A DNA stretch of 64,000 nt from Stegostoma tigrinum (lineage: Eukaryota). A program made the translations under genes and the position numbers. The notes under the pieces are model-generated. The model saw only the letters and a list, made by a program, of their open reading frames with translations, was not told the DNA's origin and did no database searches. Positions 37,960 through 50,400 of this stretch are shown here, one piece after another (the stretch's first letter is position 1; every line of letters begins with the position of its first letter). The stretch lies in the NCBI RefSeq assembly GCF_030684315.1, contig NC_081396.1, positions 3,658,001-3,722,000 on the forward strand, written 5' to 3'.

Positions 37960-38330
37960 GCCCTCATTGTTTGTTCCATATTCTGCCTCAATTTTAATGT
38001 GGAATAGAGATTTAGTACTGATCATTGAGGAATGAATGCCATAACTTGCATAATGCAATTAGCAGAGATTTCATGAGGATACAGATGAAATCAAATCAGC
38101 ATAATGTTCAAGTCTTTCATTTATGGAACTATTAGCAGTACGTACGCCATGCCTAATACTTCATAATTTATTTTATTGCTTGTTTTGTAAGTTTCAATTG
38201 TTCATTTCCGCTGTAATAGTTTTGTCAGAAGGATTTTGAGGTCTACGTCGCATTATAGTTGTGAATGTCACATTGAAGACAAGTACTCACGATTAGTTTA
38301 CAGTTGTATCTGCAAAGTGTCTCCTCGTGC

Positions 38331-38369
38331 TGTTTGTGTACATGTCCAGCCGTTGTTCCTCACTCTGTG
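38331..38369 (-). promoter_or_regulatory. VH 3' 23-RSS (CACAGAG-23-ACACAAACA)
   Basis: Heptamer 38369-38363, spacer counted as 23 nt, nonamer 38339-38331. Confidence 0.9.
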
Positions 38370-38674
38370 GTCTCTTGCACAGTAGTAGATGGCGGTGTCT
38401 TCGAACTTCAGGCTCTTCATGTCCAACGCGAAGATGTTGTTTGAAGTGTCTTTGGACGCACTAAATCGATCTTTAATCGCTGGCGCATAGTAATTGCTTG
38501 ATGAACTATAGTAGCTAACCAACCACTCCAGACCCTGTCCAGGAACCTGCCGGACCCAATACATTGTGTAGCTGCCAAGATTGAACCCGCTGGTTTCACA
38601 GGTCAGTGTCAGGGAGCCTCCAGGTTGGCTGTTCCCTGCCTCTGGCTGAGTCAAAGTAACCTCCGACTGGACAC
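38370..38674 (-). CDS. IGHV: Immunoglobulin VH exon ([10 protein letters not shown]...LTC...WVRQ...LEW...[10 protein letters not shown])
   Basis: ORF 38298..38654; canonical Cys/Trp/Cys and YYCAR motif; acceptor TTTTTGAAG|GT; ends at an RSS. Confidence 0.97.
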
Positions 38675-38801
38675 CTTCAAAAAGAAAATAAAATATGACA
38701 AGTTTTACTGATGAAATGATTCCTACATCTTTTACATTCCAGGACTAGGTGAACACGTGAAAGATAACACACAGAAACTTGGAGAAAAAAAAAATACTCA
38801 C

Positions 38802-38850
38802 AGGATAAGAAAGTCAGAAACAAACTGAGAAAAATCGTCGACGTTGTCAT
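38802..38850 (-). CDS. IGHV: VH leader exon (MTTSTIFLSLFLTFLS + phase-1 T)
   Basis: ATG at 38850, 16 hydrophobic codons, donor T|GTGAGT; phase matches the V-exon acceptor giving ...LS-C-VQS-EVTL. Confidence 0.92.
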
Positions 38851-38937
38851 TCTGGTAACTTGGGAGAAAAGGTTCTGTCAAGAATTTTTTAACCACACCC
38901 CAAATCAAGGAGTGTTGAATGAAGGTGCAGTGACCAG

Positions 38938-39060
38938 AATTTATATGCTTATCAGAGGTGGCAGCTTTTGAGGCTCCGCCTGTTGGCTGGAGGCTGTGAC
39001 CAGATCTTCGTACCACCTACCACAGCCCTCACAGATGGTGCTGATATATTTACATGAGTT
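38938..39060 (-). promoter_or_regulatory. Putative VH promoter (TATAAA 38945-38940, E-box ~39032-37, octamer variant ATGTAAAT 39055-48)
   Basis: TATA box ~90 nt upstream of the leader ATG; other motifs by inspection only. Confidence 0.55.
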
Positions 39061-40599
39061 TATTGTTAAGCATGGGCATCTTTCCATCTTGGGATATTTG
39101 TTTTGCTGGACATCTTGTTTGGACATATTTTTAGCGATGAAAGTAATATTAAACAGCTACAGTTCTGGTTCAGATGACAACTTTTCTTATTTTATTTCAG
39201 GCAGTAAAATTTCCAATTGGAAAATAAAGCTCTTTATATCTTGAAATTCATTGACAAGCAGATAATTCTTTTATAAATATTAAAAATATTACCAGCTAAT
39301 AAAATTGCTGACTCTTTTCGTATACACTCCAGATCACTGTCACACAACAAAACAGCATATAATTCAGAAGAGGTGTTTCTAAATTCAAGTTTGACAACTT
39401 AATGTGGATCATGTCCACAATGATTATGTTTAGAATATTTTGTATGTGATGAAAAAGTTTACACTCAGAGATGAGATAAATTTCCTTTTCTTGCAGAACA
39501 TCTCTCCTTTAATCTTCTTCAAATTGGTTCAGTCGAACATAATCATTTGAAAATGCACAGTCAAGGAAAGCTGCATTACTGATAAATAAACAGTGAGTTT
39601 TCAGTCAAACATTACACTCAGATTGATTTTTGAAAGGTAATCCAATGAATCAAAACAGACCAGTCGATAAATTAAGAAAAAATCGCTGCAGCATCCAAAT
39701 AACTGCTGGCAACCATGTGTGCACATCTGGACCGTATCGTCAGTTAGAGAGTATACAATAATTGAAACTGATGCAGGCCACAAACAGGTCATTGGAAGCT
39801 ATGAGGGGTCCTGTTAAATAATAGTCATCAGTAAAAAGTAAGTATTACATTACACCAGCTTCAGACATTTGTAAAGGGCCCACTCAACTGAAAAGTTCAG
39901 AGAATGGTACGACAAGGCATCCGAGCTAAAACCAACCGTATTTTCAAAATGTACTTTGAGATGATAACGAATATCACTGCAAAGCAAGTTTAGATCCATT
40001 GACTTCACATTAGAGAGCTTTCAAATAGTTAATAAACAGCTTAAGAACCTCGAACGACCTTTGTTTGGATGGAATAAAAAAAATTACTGGCGTACAGTAA
40101 ATTTCCAGTTTTCTCATAGCCACCCAGTGAATGTTGTATTCAATGACCTTTTTCAAAGAAGACATGCTGAGAGACAAAGATCGTTTTGTGCAAATGGCAA
40201 ATTATAACGTGGTTAGTGATGTTTTATCTGAGTTGATTCATATGGCTTTAAGTTGCAAAGCACAATATCTGGCAGAAATTGGGCCGACTGCAGAAAAAGA
40301 TCCTGGATTTCAAAGCATCATTTAAGAGAAGAATCTGCAGTTTCTGGAGAAAATCTGAGATTTTTCTTTTCGTTAATGTTGACTGCTTGGTTAAAAACCA
40401 GTTTCAAAACACGCCCAGCAACTCGGCATAAACAAACAAACCAAGCACCAGCGCAGGAGAAAAGTTTATTTTTCAATTGTGTCACTTTCTTGTGTCAGGA
40501 AATATTTGCACATTTTCAGACACTATGGCAAGATGCACTATCCCGTGGAGGATCGCTTCAGTGCATCATGATTTTAAGATAGGCTCCTGGATCGGAAGA

Positions 40600-41250
40600 A
40601 TTTTGAAAAAAATACCTTTTCCTCCAACCTTTAAAATAATCCTAAACTATGTAATTTGCCTATCCCAGGGGAAGGACACCTGTCATTAATCTTATCTATA
40701 CCCCGCACGATTTTATGAACATTTATAAAGACACCATTTCACCTCCTAAGCTTTCACAGAAGAAGTCTCAGTTCATCCAGACTCTCTTTCCAACTAAAGC
40801 CCTCGAATCCAAGCAAATTCCAGGAAAAGATTTTCTCAACACTCTCCAATAAATGATATATTTTCTATAACAAGGAGACTATAACTGGAGACATTAGCCC
40901 AGAAGAGGCCTCGAGAATGTCCTGTACAACCTCCACATGACTTCCCAGCTCCTATGCTCAAAACGACTGAACAATGAAGGCAAGCCTGCTACACGGCTTA
41001 TTAATCATTCTCTGACACAAACGTCAATGAACTATGATCCTTAACCACTGTTCTCTCTGTTTGATTGAACTCCATCTGCACTCTTCGGCTCATTGGTCTT
41101 ATTGACCAAGGTCTCTTTGAAATCTTAAATAACGTATTTCATGGTCCATGAAATCAGCAATTTTGACCAGTCCAAAAGGAACCCTCCACCATCACTCTCT
41201 GTCACTTGCCGTTTAGCCAATTGTGCATCCAAATGGTAAGTTCACCATGA
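40600..41250 (-). mobile_element. CR1-type LINE 3' portion
   Basis: Similar to the 9250-9950 and 30400-31250 copies. Confidence 0.6.
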
Positions 41251-44200
41251 ATACCATGTGATCTAGATGGAAGAATAGAAATAGAGACAGACAAAAAAAT
41301 GAATGGACGCATGAACGACTAGATGGAATGACTGATGAATTTCTTGTTTTATCTGAAAATGACATGGCCTTCGAAATTCTAAATTTTGTTTGCCTGCTTC
41401 TTTACTCGAGAGAGGACAATTACTTTTAAAAAGTGTCAGCCTATGACCTTCTGTCCTTCCCCAGTCCCATTAAAATTAAAATACCACAAGTGTCCTGAAA
41501 TGACAAAATGAATTTCAGCAATAGCAGCTTGAATATCCACCAACAGTGATCATGATTGTTCTCTGCTGATTGTAAATCTCCATCTCAAAGATGCAAAAAG
41601 GGCACCCGCCGAGATTCAGAGGAATCCTATCACTATTTCAAATATGTGGCTCTGTTACAGTACAATCAACATATCTTCACCAAATTTACTTCAATCACAT
41701 CAAAAGTAGATGCTTATTACACTTGTGTTTTGTTACTGTGATATGCGAGCAATTCAATTGCCCCTTTTCATACAGTTGCCCCTCTGTTTTGAGACTGATA
41801 TATTGATGGGGAAAGCCTCCAACAATGCATCAACATGAGAATATTGGCGAATAATCTGCTGGGCAGGATTCTGTTTTGTTTTCATTGAAAACAGAAGATC
41901 TTTTTAAAGTGTTTCATAGTAAAGAAAAATAAACAATTATGATTGATCGGTAATTTCTGAAGTGATTTCAGAAATAGCTGAAGAATTGATCAATACTAAG
42001 CGGTCCTCCTCACTTTCAGAGGCTTTCTCCCATAAACTAAGATTGTCAAATCAATTTGTGTGCAGTTTCAATTTGCCTTCAAAAAGCAACGAATAGCAAG
42101 AACTGTTTCAGCTTCAACGAACAGAAGGGGGGAAATATGAGTAAAATCACAATTCCAGTCCATGATTATTTCACAGGCCACCATATTAGAAAGCAATTGA
42201 CGTTCCTTAAAATTTTCACAATTCAGAAGTATCAATACGAAATTAGTTTTTCCTTCATCATGCACCATTTCAGTACATTCAGAGTTCCATAATTTCTATT
42301 TTCTAAAACCATTGGTTCCTGGCAACTGATTGATGTCTCCCATTTTATTCATGATTACGAACATTGCAATCACTTTAAATTAATTGTTGAATGCAATCTA
42401 TTTTTGATCTCCAATCAGCAGACTGATAAAACGCATTTTTGATTCAAAGAAGATAAGCCAGGTTGTGCACAATTCCGTTGAATTACTTTATAGTTCGAGG
42501 TAGGGTCTATGATATGTTTTGCTTCTTGTAGTGGAATTCCCAGAATAATAGAGCTTATGTGGATTTGGCTTCAAGGCCACAATCACAGTCAGTGCCTGGA
42601 GAAACAGAGTAAAACAGAAGAATGGGGCAAGAGAAAACCATTCTACTAATTGAGCCTGCCTTTTTATTCATCACAATCATGGTTTGTCGTCCAACCATGC
42701 TTTCGCCAATTACCTGTGATCCCAGTCGCCCCAATTGCTATATGTAATCACCTCTTGAATGCATCCAATGTTTTGCAATCAAATCCTTCGTGTTGTAATG
42801 AATTCCAAGGGCTCACCACTCTTCGAGAGCACAAAAAGACTTCTAATCTCAGTCCTCGATGTTCCACCCGAATTATTGGTTTGTGACCCCTGGTTCTTGA
42901 AACATTCAACATCGGGAACTCCTCCTAGTAGTATCAGGAAAGTTGCACAAGGGTCGTCATTGGGAGGTGCACAGTCAGTCTGAGTTACAAATGCATCCAC
43001 AAGTTGCTGTTCAGCCATTGAATGTGTGGGTTTCATTTTATTAATGTCTTCTGCACTGGCAGTAATTATCTGAAATGCCAATTGTGGCTCCATTCCCTGA
43101 AGTTCCCCGACAGTGTTAAAACTAAGATTCTTCTGCCATCCCAGTTTCACACACAGGATTGCGCAGTGCTATTTCAAAGAACTGAAAGGGAATTGTCCCT
43201 GTGTTATTGGTCAATTTTATATTGTTTCAGCCACAGTCACAAAAATAGATGACTACATCATGACAACATTTTTTTTTTGGTTGTCCTTGTGAACACATTG
43301 CCTGCTGAAATGTCTACAATACCATCCTGAGTATAATTTGCAGATGCATCTCTTGCTCATAAGCGCAAGGAGACTCGAGGGAATAGTGAACCAACCCTCA
43401 AATAACCAATTTGCTTTGGTCTTCGTGAAAACTAAGTTGCGTAAATCAATGAAAGGCATGTGTCTTTACTTTCGCTAATTTATGTTGCTGCTCTTGTCTG
43501 ATTAAAGGCAAGTTGACTGTGAAATGTACATGGAATATGTAAGCTTTAATTGCCATGTCAGCTCACTTTGATCAGTAAGCCTAGAATAGTTCGAATGACT
43601 CTAGAAATAAAAAGATAGAACCGGGGCATTCAGCTTCTCAGATCTGAGCCAACTGTTTACAACAACTGTTGAGTTCATCACAAGCAAAGGTAGCACTCAC
43701 ATTTCGTCCAGAAGCTAGTATTTACAGCATGGGAGGTCATATCTGTCTTCAAAACTGGAGTATATCTTACACACGTTTTCTGACTGCAATGTTTGCTCAT
43801 TATCTGTACCCTGTTTTAATCAAATTTTGTTGCAAATTCTCGAGAAAAACGAATGATTTCCACAGTTCCTGATGAAGCATTCGTCAATGAGCTACCAATC
43901 AGTTTTCACCAGAACAAGGAAAACCATGGCAATTGAAACAAATTAACACACCAACACAGACATACTTGTGAACACGCGCACACACGTACACACAAACACA
44001 TTGAATACAAAAAAAAACATATGCACACACACTCAAACACACACACAACTCATTATAGACAGAACGTAAACATGTTGTAGTATGTTTAGTAGGATCAGTT
44101 CAGATTGGGAAACAAAAGCACCAGTCAGGAAATTTTAGATTGGGTGGATTTATTCATGTTGGAACATTGGAATTTGAGAGGACTTTTTTTTTCTTGAGAT

Positions 44201-45470
44201 TTACACAAATGTCATGCTGTACAAAAGACGAGGGAAAAACCTCTTTAACGTAGGAGCATGCTCTGTCAATAAAATGCTGAGATATAAGTGATCGACAGGG
44301 AAGGTTCAGGAAGCTCAGTTCAGAAAAAAGATGGTGAAGGTAGGAACAGTCAAAACATTTAAAATGTGTTTGGTGATATACTTGAAGTGCTATAACCTTC
44401 AGTCTTACAGTTAATACGCCGGACAGTAGGCATAGGCTGGAAGGTTCTGTTTTCTTTTGGCACAGTTCCAATAGGAGAATTCATTGTTTCTGTGGTGAAA
44501 ATCTTCAATAACTCGAAATCCATGCTCGTGCAATTCAGAGGCTCTAATTCACCTGCTTTATAAAAGGAATGTCCCAAACTTCCATTTCGATCATATCAAA
44601 TTTTAATAAACTTAAACTCTGCCTGTTTAGGGAATTAACGATCTAATGTTCCCCAGACGATGCCCAGGGCAACCTCCCTTGATTCAGCTAGGGTCAGCAA
44701 AATGAATGAACTAAGTTAAAGATATTAAACTTACTTTGATACAAATAAGCCAGGTACATCTGCAGTAGACATAACTTAAGTTTCAAAACATTGCACCGCA
44801 GATAGATGAGCACTCATGGCATTAGCAATGGTTTTGTTCGAATCATTTTAGGTGGATTCCTTGCAGCAACGAGTGTGAACAAATTTGTTTGGTCCTCCTT
44901 GTGGTTTAACATACTGAATGTTGCTCCAATCCGATTAATTGGACATATCCTTCATAACAGACAGTAGAGCGAATTCAAGAAATCATGGACCAAAATCGGC
45001 AGTTGTTCTTTGGACTCAAGGAAAGTCCACTGCGGTATTCTGTAGGTGTCAATGCTTCGACTTCTGATTGTTTGCTTTTATGCTCTTGACAAAGACATTG
45101 ACGTATTTCATAATTTGCTACAACAAGAAACTGGCAACTATTCTGAACCGGAGGAACGTGGATCAGAATTTCAGAAGGATCTAGTGAGGCTTGTGGATTG
45201 GGTCTCGGAGAGATCCATGAAATTTAGTACAGAAGCTTTTGGCATGATTTACTAAGGGCGGGAAAGTGTGGAGCGAGAACACAGAAGATTGAGTACAATA
45301 TGTAATATCGCATAAAAACAAGAAGTATATTTGAAACCTACAGGTTAGACCTCAGTTGGAGTGCATCTTCATCTTTGGGTAGCAATTCAAGGCCTGACAT
45401 AAAACATGTCTTCAAGGTTCAAGAATGTGCATCCAGTCAAGGGGCTTTCATTAAATGGCATGTTGTAGAA

Positions 45471-47505
45471 CCAAAACAAAGTTGCTGGAAAAGTTCAGCA
45501 GGCCTGGCAGCATCTGTGGAGGAGAAAACAGAGTTAACATCTGGGACCCTTCCTCAGAACTCATGCCGGCTGGACAAAACGTCAGTTTACGTGCACAAAT
45601 TGTGATGTGGCTGGGGTCGGGACTTATGGATAGGAGAGAGCCCAAAGAGAGGGAATGACAGTTGGACAGAAAAACGATTTGCGAATGATCAGGCTGGGAG
45701 GGTGAAGAGTTGTGAATGGGAACTGTTAGTGACTAACAAACGTGGGGTGTGGAGTGGCAGGCTTTTGTTAACAAGTCATGGTGTGTGGGCTGGGGAGCTG
45801 GGACATGGGAGAGTTTCAGCCCTCAAATGATTGAACTCAATATTGAGTCCAGAGGGCTGGAGGGTCCCCAAGTGGAAAATGAAATGTTGATTTCAGCCAG
45901 CTTGCGCTGGGCTTCACTGGTAGTCTGCAGAAAGGCAGAGTCAGAGATATTGGCCAGGGAGCAAGGTGGTGCATTGAAGTGGCAGGGAACAGATAGTTCA
46001 GTGTCCATTTTGTGAGCAGAACGTAGATGTTCTGCAAAGCAGTCACCAAGTCTATTCTTCGCTTCCCCAATGTAAAAGGGACCACAGTGTGAGCAGGGAA
46101 TGCAGTAGACTAGATTCCTGGAAGTGCAAGTGATGTGTTCCTTCACCTGGAAGGTATATTTGGGCCCTTGGACACCGGGGAGGGAGGAGGTAAATGTGCA
46201 AGTGTTGCATCTTTGCCAGTTACAGGGGCATGTGCCCTAGGGCTGTGGAGGGGTGCTGCGGGTGAAGGAAGTATGGACCAAGTTTTCCCAGAGGGAACAG
46301 TCCCTGCGGAATTCAGACAAGGGAATGGAAACGAATATGTCCCTGGTGGTGGCATCCTGCTGGAGGTGGTAGAAATGGCGTTCGATGATTTTCTGGATGT
46401 GGATGCTGGTGGGATGGTAGGTGAGGAGAAGCGGAAGGCTATTGCTGTTGTGGGACGGATGAGAAGGCATGAGGGCGATAAGGTTATGGTTAGGGTTAGG
46501 GTTGGGTTAGGTGCATGAGGTAGGTTGGACATGATTGGGAACAGAGCTGGGGAATCCTCAGTTGAGGAAGAATGTGGACATTTCAGTGGCTCCTTTGTCG
46601 AAGTTGGCTTCAGCCTAACATATGCTATGGAGGCGGAGAAACTGAGAGAAGGATGGAATCTTTCCTGGAAGTGGGGTGTGAGGATGTATAGTCCAGTTAG
46701 CTGTGGGAGTCGGTGGGTTTATGGAGGATATTAGTGGCCAGTCTATCCCCAGAAATGGAAAGAGAAATGTCGAGGAAGAGAAGGAAGGAGTCAGAGATAG
46801 GCCAGGTGAAAGTCAGGACAGGGTGGAAATTGCGGGTGAAAGTGATGAAGTTTTCCATTTCTTGACGAGAAAGGGAAGCAGCACTGATGATATCATCAAT
46901 ATGTCTGAGAAAGAGCCGTGGGCGGCGGCTGGAATCGAACTGGTACAAATAATGTACAACGTACCCGACAAAGAGACAGGCTTACCTCGTGCCCATGTGG
47001 GTGCCCATGGCAATCCCTCTTATCTGAAAAAAAATGAGAGGAGTTGAAAGAGAAATTTTTGAATCCATCATAAGACATCAGATGAATCATGGATGTATGT
47101 GGGTAGGGATGGAATGGGTAGAGAAGCTTGAGTCAAGGTAGGAAGAGATGAGATCTGTGGGGCATGAAAAGGCTGAAACAATGTGCCTGCCCGGACAGCC
47201 CCGTTTTTGGATTTTTTGAAGGAGGTAGAAACGACTTGTGTGGGTTGAGGGGCTACTAACTTGGAAGCGGATGAGGGGAGATCACTGGATGAAATGAGAT
47301 CAATATGCATCGTGGATACAATGGCTGGATGTGCTATGGTGGAGTCATGGTCAAGGGGAAGGTAGGAGGTGGTATCTGCGAGCTGGTGGTCATCCTCTGT
47401 AACGTAGAGATCAGTATACTAGACAACAACAGCACGCCCCTTATTGGCAGGGTTGATGACAAAGTTAGGGTAAGATTTGAGTGCACAGAATGCAGTCAGT
47501 TTGGA
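45471..47505 (-). mobile_element. Truncated Penelope-like retrotransposon (RT + GIY-YIG endonuclease), 14-bp TSD, nested in a CR1 relic
   Basis: TSD GGCATGTTGTAGAA at 45457-70 and 47506-19; motifs PANKG..VVV, FYLLQKI..CPGRHIVS, AMGTHMG, FLRHIDD; GIY-YIG NLVYCIPCSHCGPFYIGE (ORF 45823..46146); frameshifted. Confidence 0.92.
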
Positions 47506-48237
47506 GGCATGTTGTAGAAGTTGAGCAGCTTTTTTGTTACATAAATGTATGAGAGGTGATTGACAGATATGTTAAAAATAATAAGGGGCTTGACCGGATA
47601 AACAAGTGGACCAACGGTGACTTGAAGAAACTAAATTTCATGACACAATACGGATCGAGGTCGTGGAAAGCACTTCTTCAGAATATAGTGCAGGCAGCAG
47701 GAATTGCATCCTTCGAGAAGGCATTGTCTCATTATCTAAAATAGAAACAATCAAAGTGATTGACTTTTCTGAGGTTGAAAGCAGACAAGAATCGCAGAAA
47801 CTCCATAATTCTGTTCATCCAGTGCAAATGCCACAAGGCGCAACTGGAATAGATGTTTTTTTTTCCACAGCGTTGACACAACAATGCATTTCACTAAATC
47901 TTGTCGTTGACCATGTCAAAGCAAATCATTTCTTCGTTGTTTCTGTGATAAGCTCATGATTAGTACATACATCATTGAACCAAAATCCTCTTTAAATTTG
48001 ATTTGGTATTCTTATGTAAGACTATGCTCAATCATGTCATGGATAATATTAAACTATGACTTTCTGAGATGTAAATCAAAATCGCACTGTGCTTTTTCTA
48101 TGCAACATCCAGCACGTACTGTTACAAAAGCCTTCACTTCTGTTGCTGTTCTTAAAGCCCGTTATCAGCAACTGTTATTGTATACGATTTATATTATTAT
48201 GATCTAAGCATTCGGAATGTCAACGAAACTTATGGAA

Positions 48238-48335
48238 CTTTTGTGCTCCTGAGATGCTGCTTGGCCTGCTGTGTTCATCCAGCTTCACACTTTGTTATTT
48301 TAGATTCTCCAGCATCTGCCGTTCACATTAACTCT
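48238..48335 (+). mobile_element. Penelope-like terminal-repeat fragment
   Basis: Same family sequence; possible AAACTTAT flanking repeat. Confidence 0.7.
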
Positions 48336-48439
48336 AAACTTATTCCACGTTTTGTTTTAATGTTGACTATTTAGCAATTACTGCCCAATCAGTCTGAAGT
48401 CGATCATCAGTACATTGGTGTGAGGTGACGTCAATGATG

Positions 48440-49690
48440 CTATCAAGCAGAACCTTTTCGGCAATAAACTGATTAGTGATGCCCAGTTTGGAGTCCGCCA
48501 GGCCACTCAGCTTCTGATATCATGGCAGCCTTGGACCAAACATGGGCAAAAGAACTGAATTCCAAAAGTGAGGTTTTAATGGCCGCTCTTATCATCAAGG
48601 CTGCATTCGAATGAATGTGGCATCAAAGACCCCGCATAAAATTGGAGTCAATGTATATGAATAGGCTAAATTTCTGGTGTTTGGATTCTCACCTGACATA
48701 CGGAAGATAGTCGTGGTTGTTGGAGGACTGTCATCTCAACTCCATGACATCTCTGCAGGAATTCACCAGGCTACTATCCGAAGCCCAAACATCTGCAACT
48801 GTTTCATCAATGACTTCCCTCCATCATAAGGTCAGAAGAGGGGATGTTTAACGATGAATGCACAATATTCAGCACTATTCACGACTCTTCAGTGGCTGAA
48901 GCACACCATATTCAAATGCAACAAGATTTGGACGATATCCAGTTGTGTGTTGACAAGCAGCAGGTAACATTTGCGCCACAGGAATATCAAGTTGTAACTA
49001 TCATGCAAAAAGAAGCAATATAACCAGCAACCCCGGCATTCAACAGTGTTATCATCATTGCAAAACTTACTATCAACATCCTGGGGCTAGTCATTGGCAA
49101 GAAATTCCAACTGAACTTACAATAGAAACACAGTGGCGGCAGAAGCAAGTGAGAAGCTCGGAATACTGCGGCGAATAACTCACTTCCATACTCCTCAAAG
49201 TTTGTCCAACATCTGCAAGGCACAAGTGAGATGTGTGATGGATTACTCCACATTGTATGGATGAGTGCAGCCTCAACAACACTCAAGAAGCTCGACACAA
49301 TCCAGGACAAGGCAGCCCACTTGATTGGCATTACATTCACAAACATACAGTCCTTTCACCACTGATGCTCAGTAGCAGCAGTCTGTACTAACTACAAGGT
49401 AATCTGCAGAAATTCATCAAAGATCCTCAGACACTATCTCCCAAATGCTCGAACAATTCCATCAAGAAGGAGAAGGCCAAAAAACATACAGGAATGCCAT
49501 CATGGTCAATTTCCTCTCCAACTCACTCACAATCTTGAGTTGGAAATATATCACCGTTCCTTTGCGACAACTGGGTCAAAATCCTGGAATACTCCCGTTA
49601 ATGGGAAATTGGACTGCAATGGTTCATAAAAAGGCATATCACCATCAGTTTCTCAAGTGAAACTCAGGACTGGCAGTAATGCTGGCTAGA
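48440..49690 (+). mobile_element. CR1/L2-group LINE RT 3' portion
   Basis: QFGVRQ, IKAAFE..WH, FIND, LDTIQDKAA remnants. Confidence 0.75.
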
Positions 49691-49700
49691 CAGAGAAGCC

Positions 49701-49703
<3 letters not shown>

Positions 49704-49746
<43 letters not shown>
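49704..49746. repeat. (CA)n microsatellite, ~21 units
   Basis: Directly visible. Confidence 0.97.
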
Positions 49747-49750
<4 letters not shown>

Positions 49751-50094
49751 ATGAATTTTAAAACAATGAACATAAGTTACAGGATCCAAAAACATTCTAT
49801 GTATTCTGATTCTTATCAACAGATTGCCAATTTTTCTCAACAAGCAAGAGCCACAGCAGGAAGTTCGGAAAAATCAGTGTTTGAATATTCTGCTAGAAGC
49901 AAATTATAAGTAAAAACATTAAACACGAGACGCTGACAGAAGGAAATGTCAGTATCATAATTGTAATAACGTTTGAAACTTTGGCCAAGGTGGGCTTTTT
50001 AAGTAGTCATGGTTTCTGACAGATAGCAGACTGTAATCAACCTTTTCAACAAGCTCTTTCAAAGAGAAAGAATTTCCAAATTATGAAATTAGAA

Positions 50095-50400
50095 TACAGT
50101 AGAATCCTTAGAGAGTGGAATCGGGCATTTTGTCCCACCGAGTCCTCAGCGACTCTCCAAAGGGCGCCCCATCCTCACTCTTCCCGTAGCTCAGACAGAA
50201 AACCTACACATCCCGAGGTACTCTGGGTAAGTTAGAATTGCTGATCGACCCAACTTGCATATTTTTGGGTTCTGGATGAAACTGGAGCAGCTGGCAGAAA
50301 TACAAGAAGGTGCAGACTGCACACAGTCAGTGGCTTGAAGATGGAATCAAATGCAGGGCCTTGACGCGACTGGCTGTGCTAATCACTGAGCCACTGTACC
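50095..50400 (-). mobile_element. Shark tRNA-derived SINE (HE1-like)
   Basis: Similar to the 26980-27285 copy; tRNA-like head (tgctaatcactgagccactgtacc). Confidence 0.6.

Larger units (their letters stand above)
16877..38850 (-). other. IGHM: Complete germline (unjoined) shark-type IgM heavy-chain minicluster L-VH-D1-D2-JH-Cmu1-4-sec-TM1-TM2
   Basis: All segments are present in order on the minus strand with open frames, GT/AG junctions in consistent phase and 23|12-22|12-12|23 RSS. The 1V-2D-1J-C cluster layout is established for cartilaginous fish. Spans an N gap at 27501-27636. Confidence 0.93.

Noticed and set aside
38378-38384. Cryptic heptamer TACTGTG in VH FR3 (V-replacement signal)
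   Set aside because: Dictated by the Tyr-Cys-Ala codons of nearly all VH genes; no nonamer, and no upstream V in the window.
38370-38674. IgNAR, IgW or germline-joined VH identity
   Set aside because: Conventional FR2/CDR2, intact RSSs, four C exons and a mu-type tailpiece and TM all indicate rearranging IgM.
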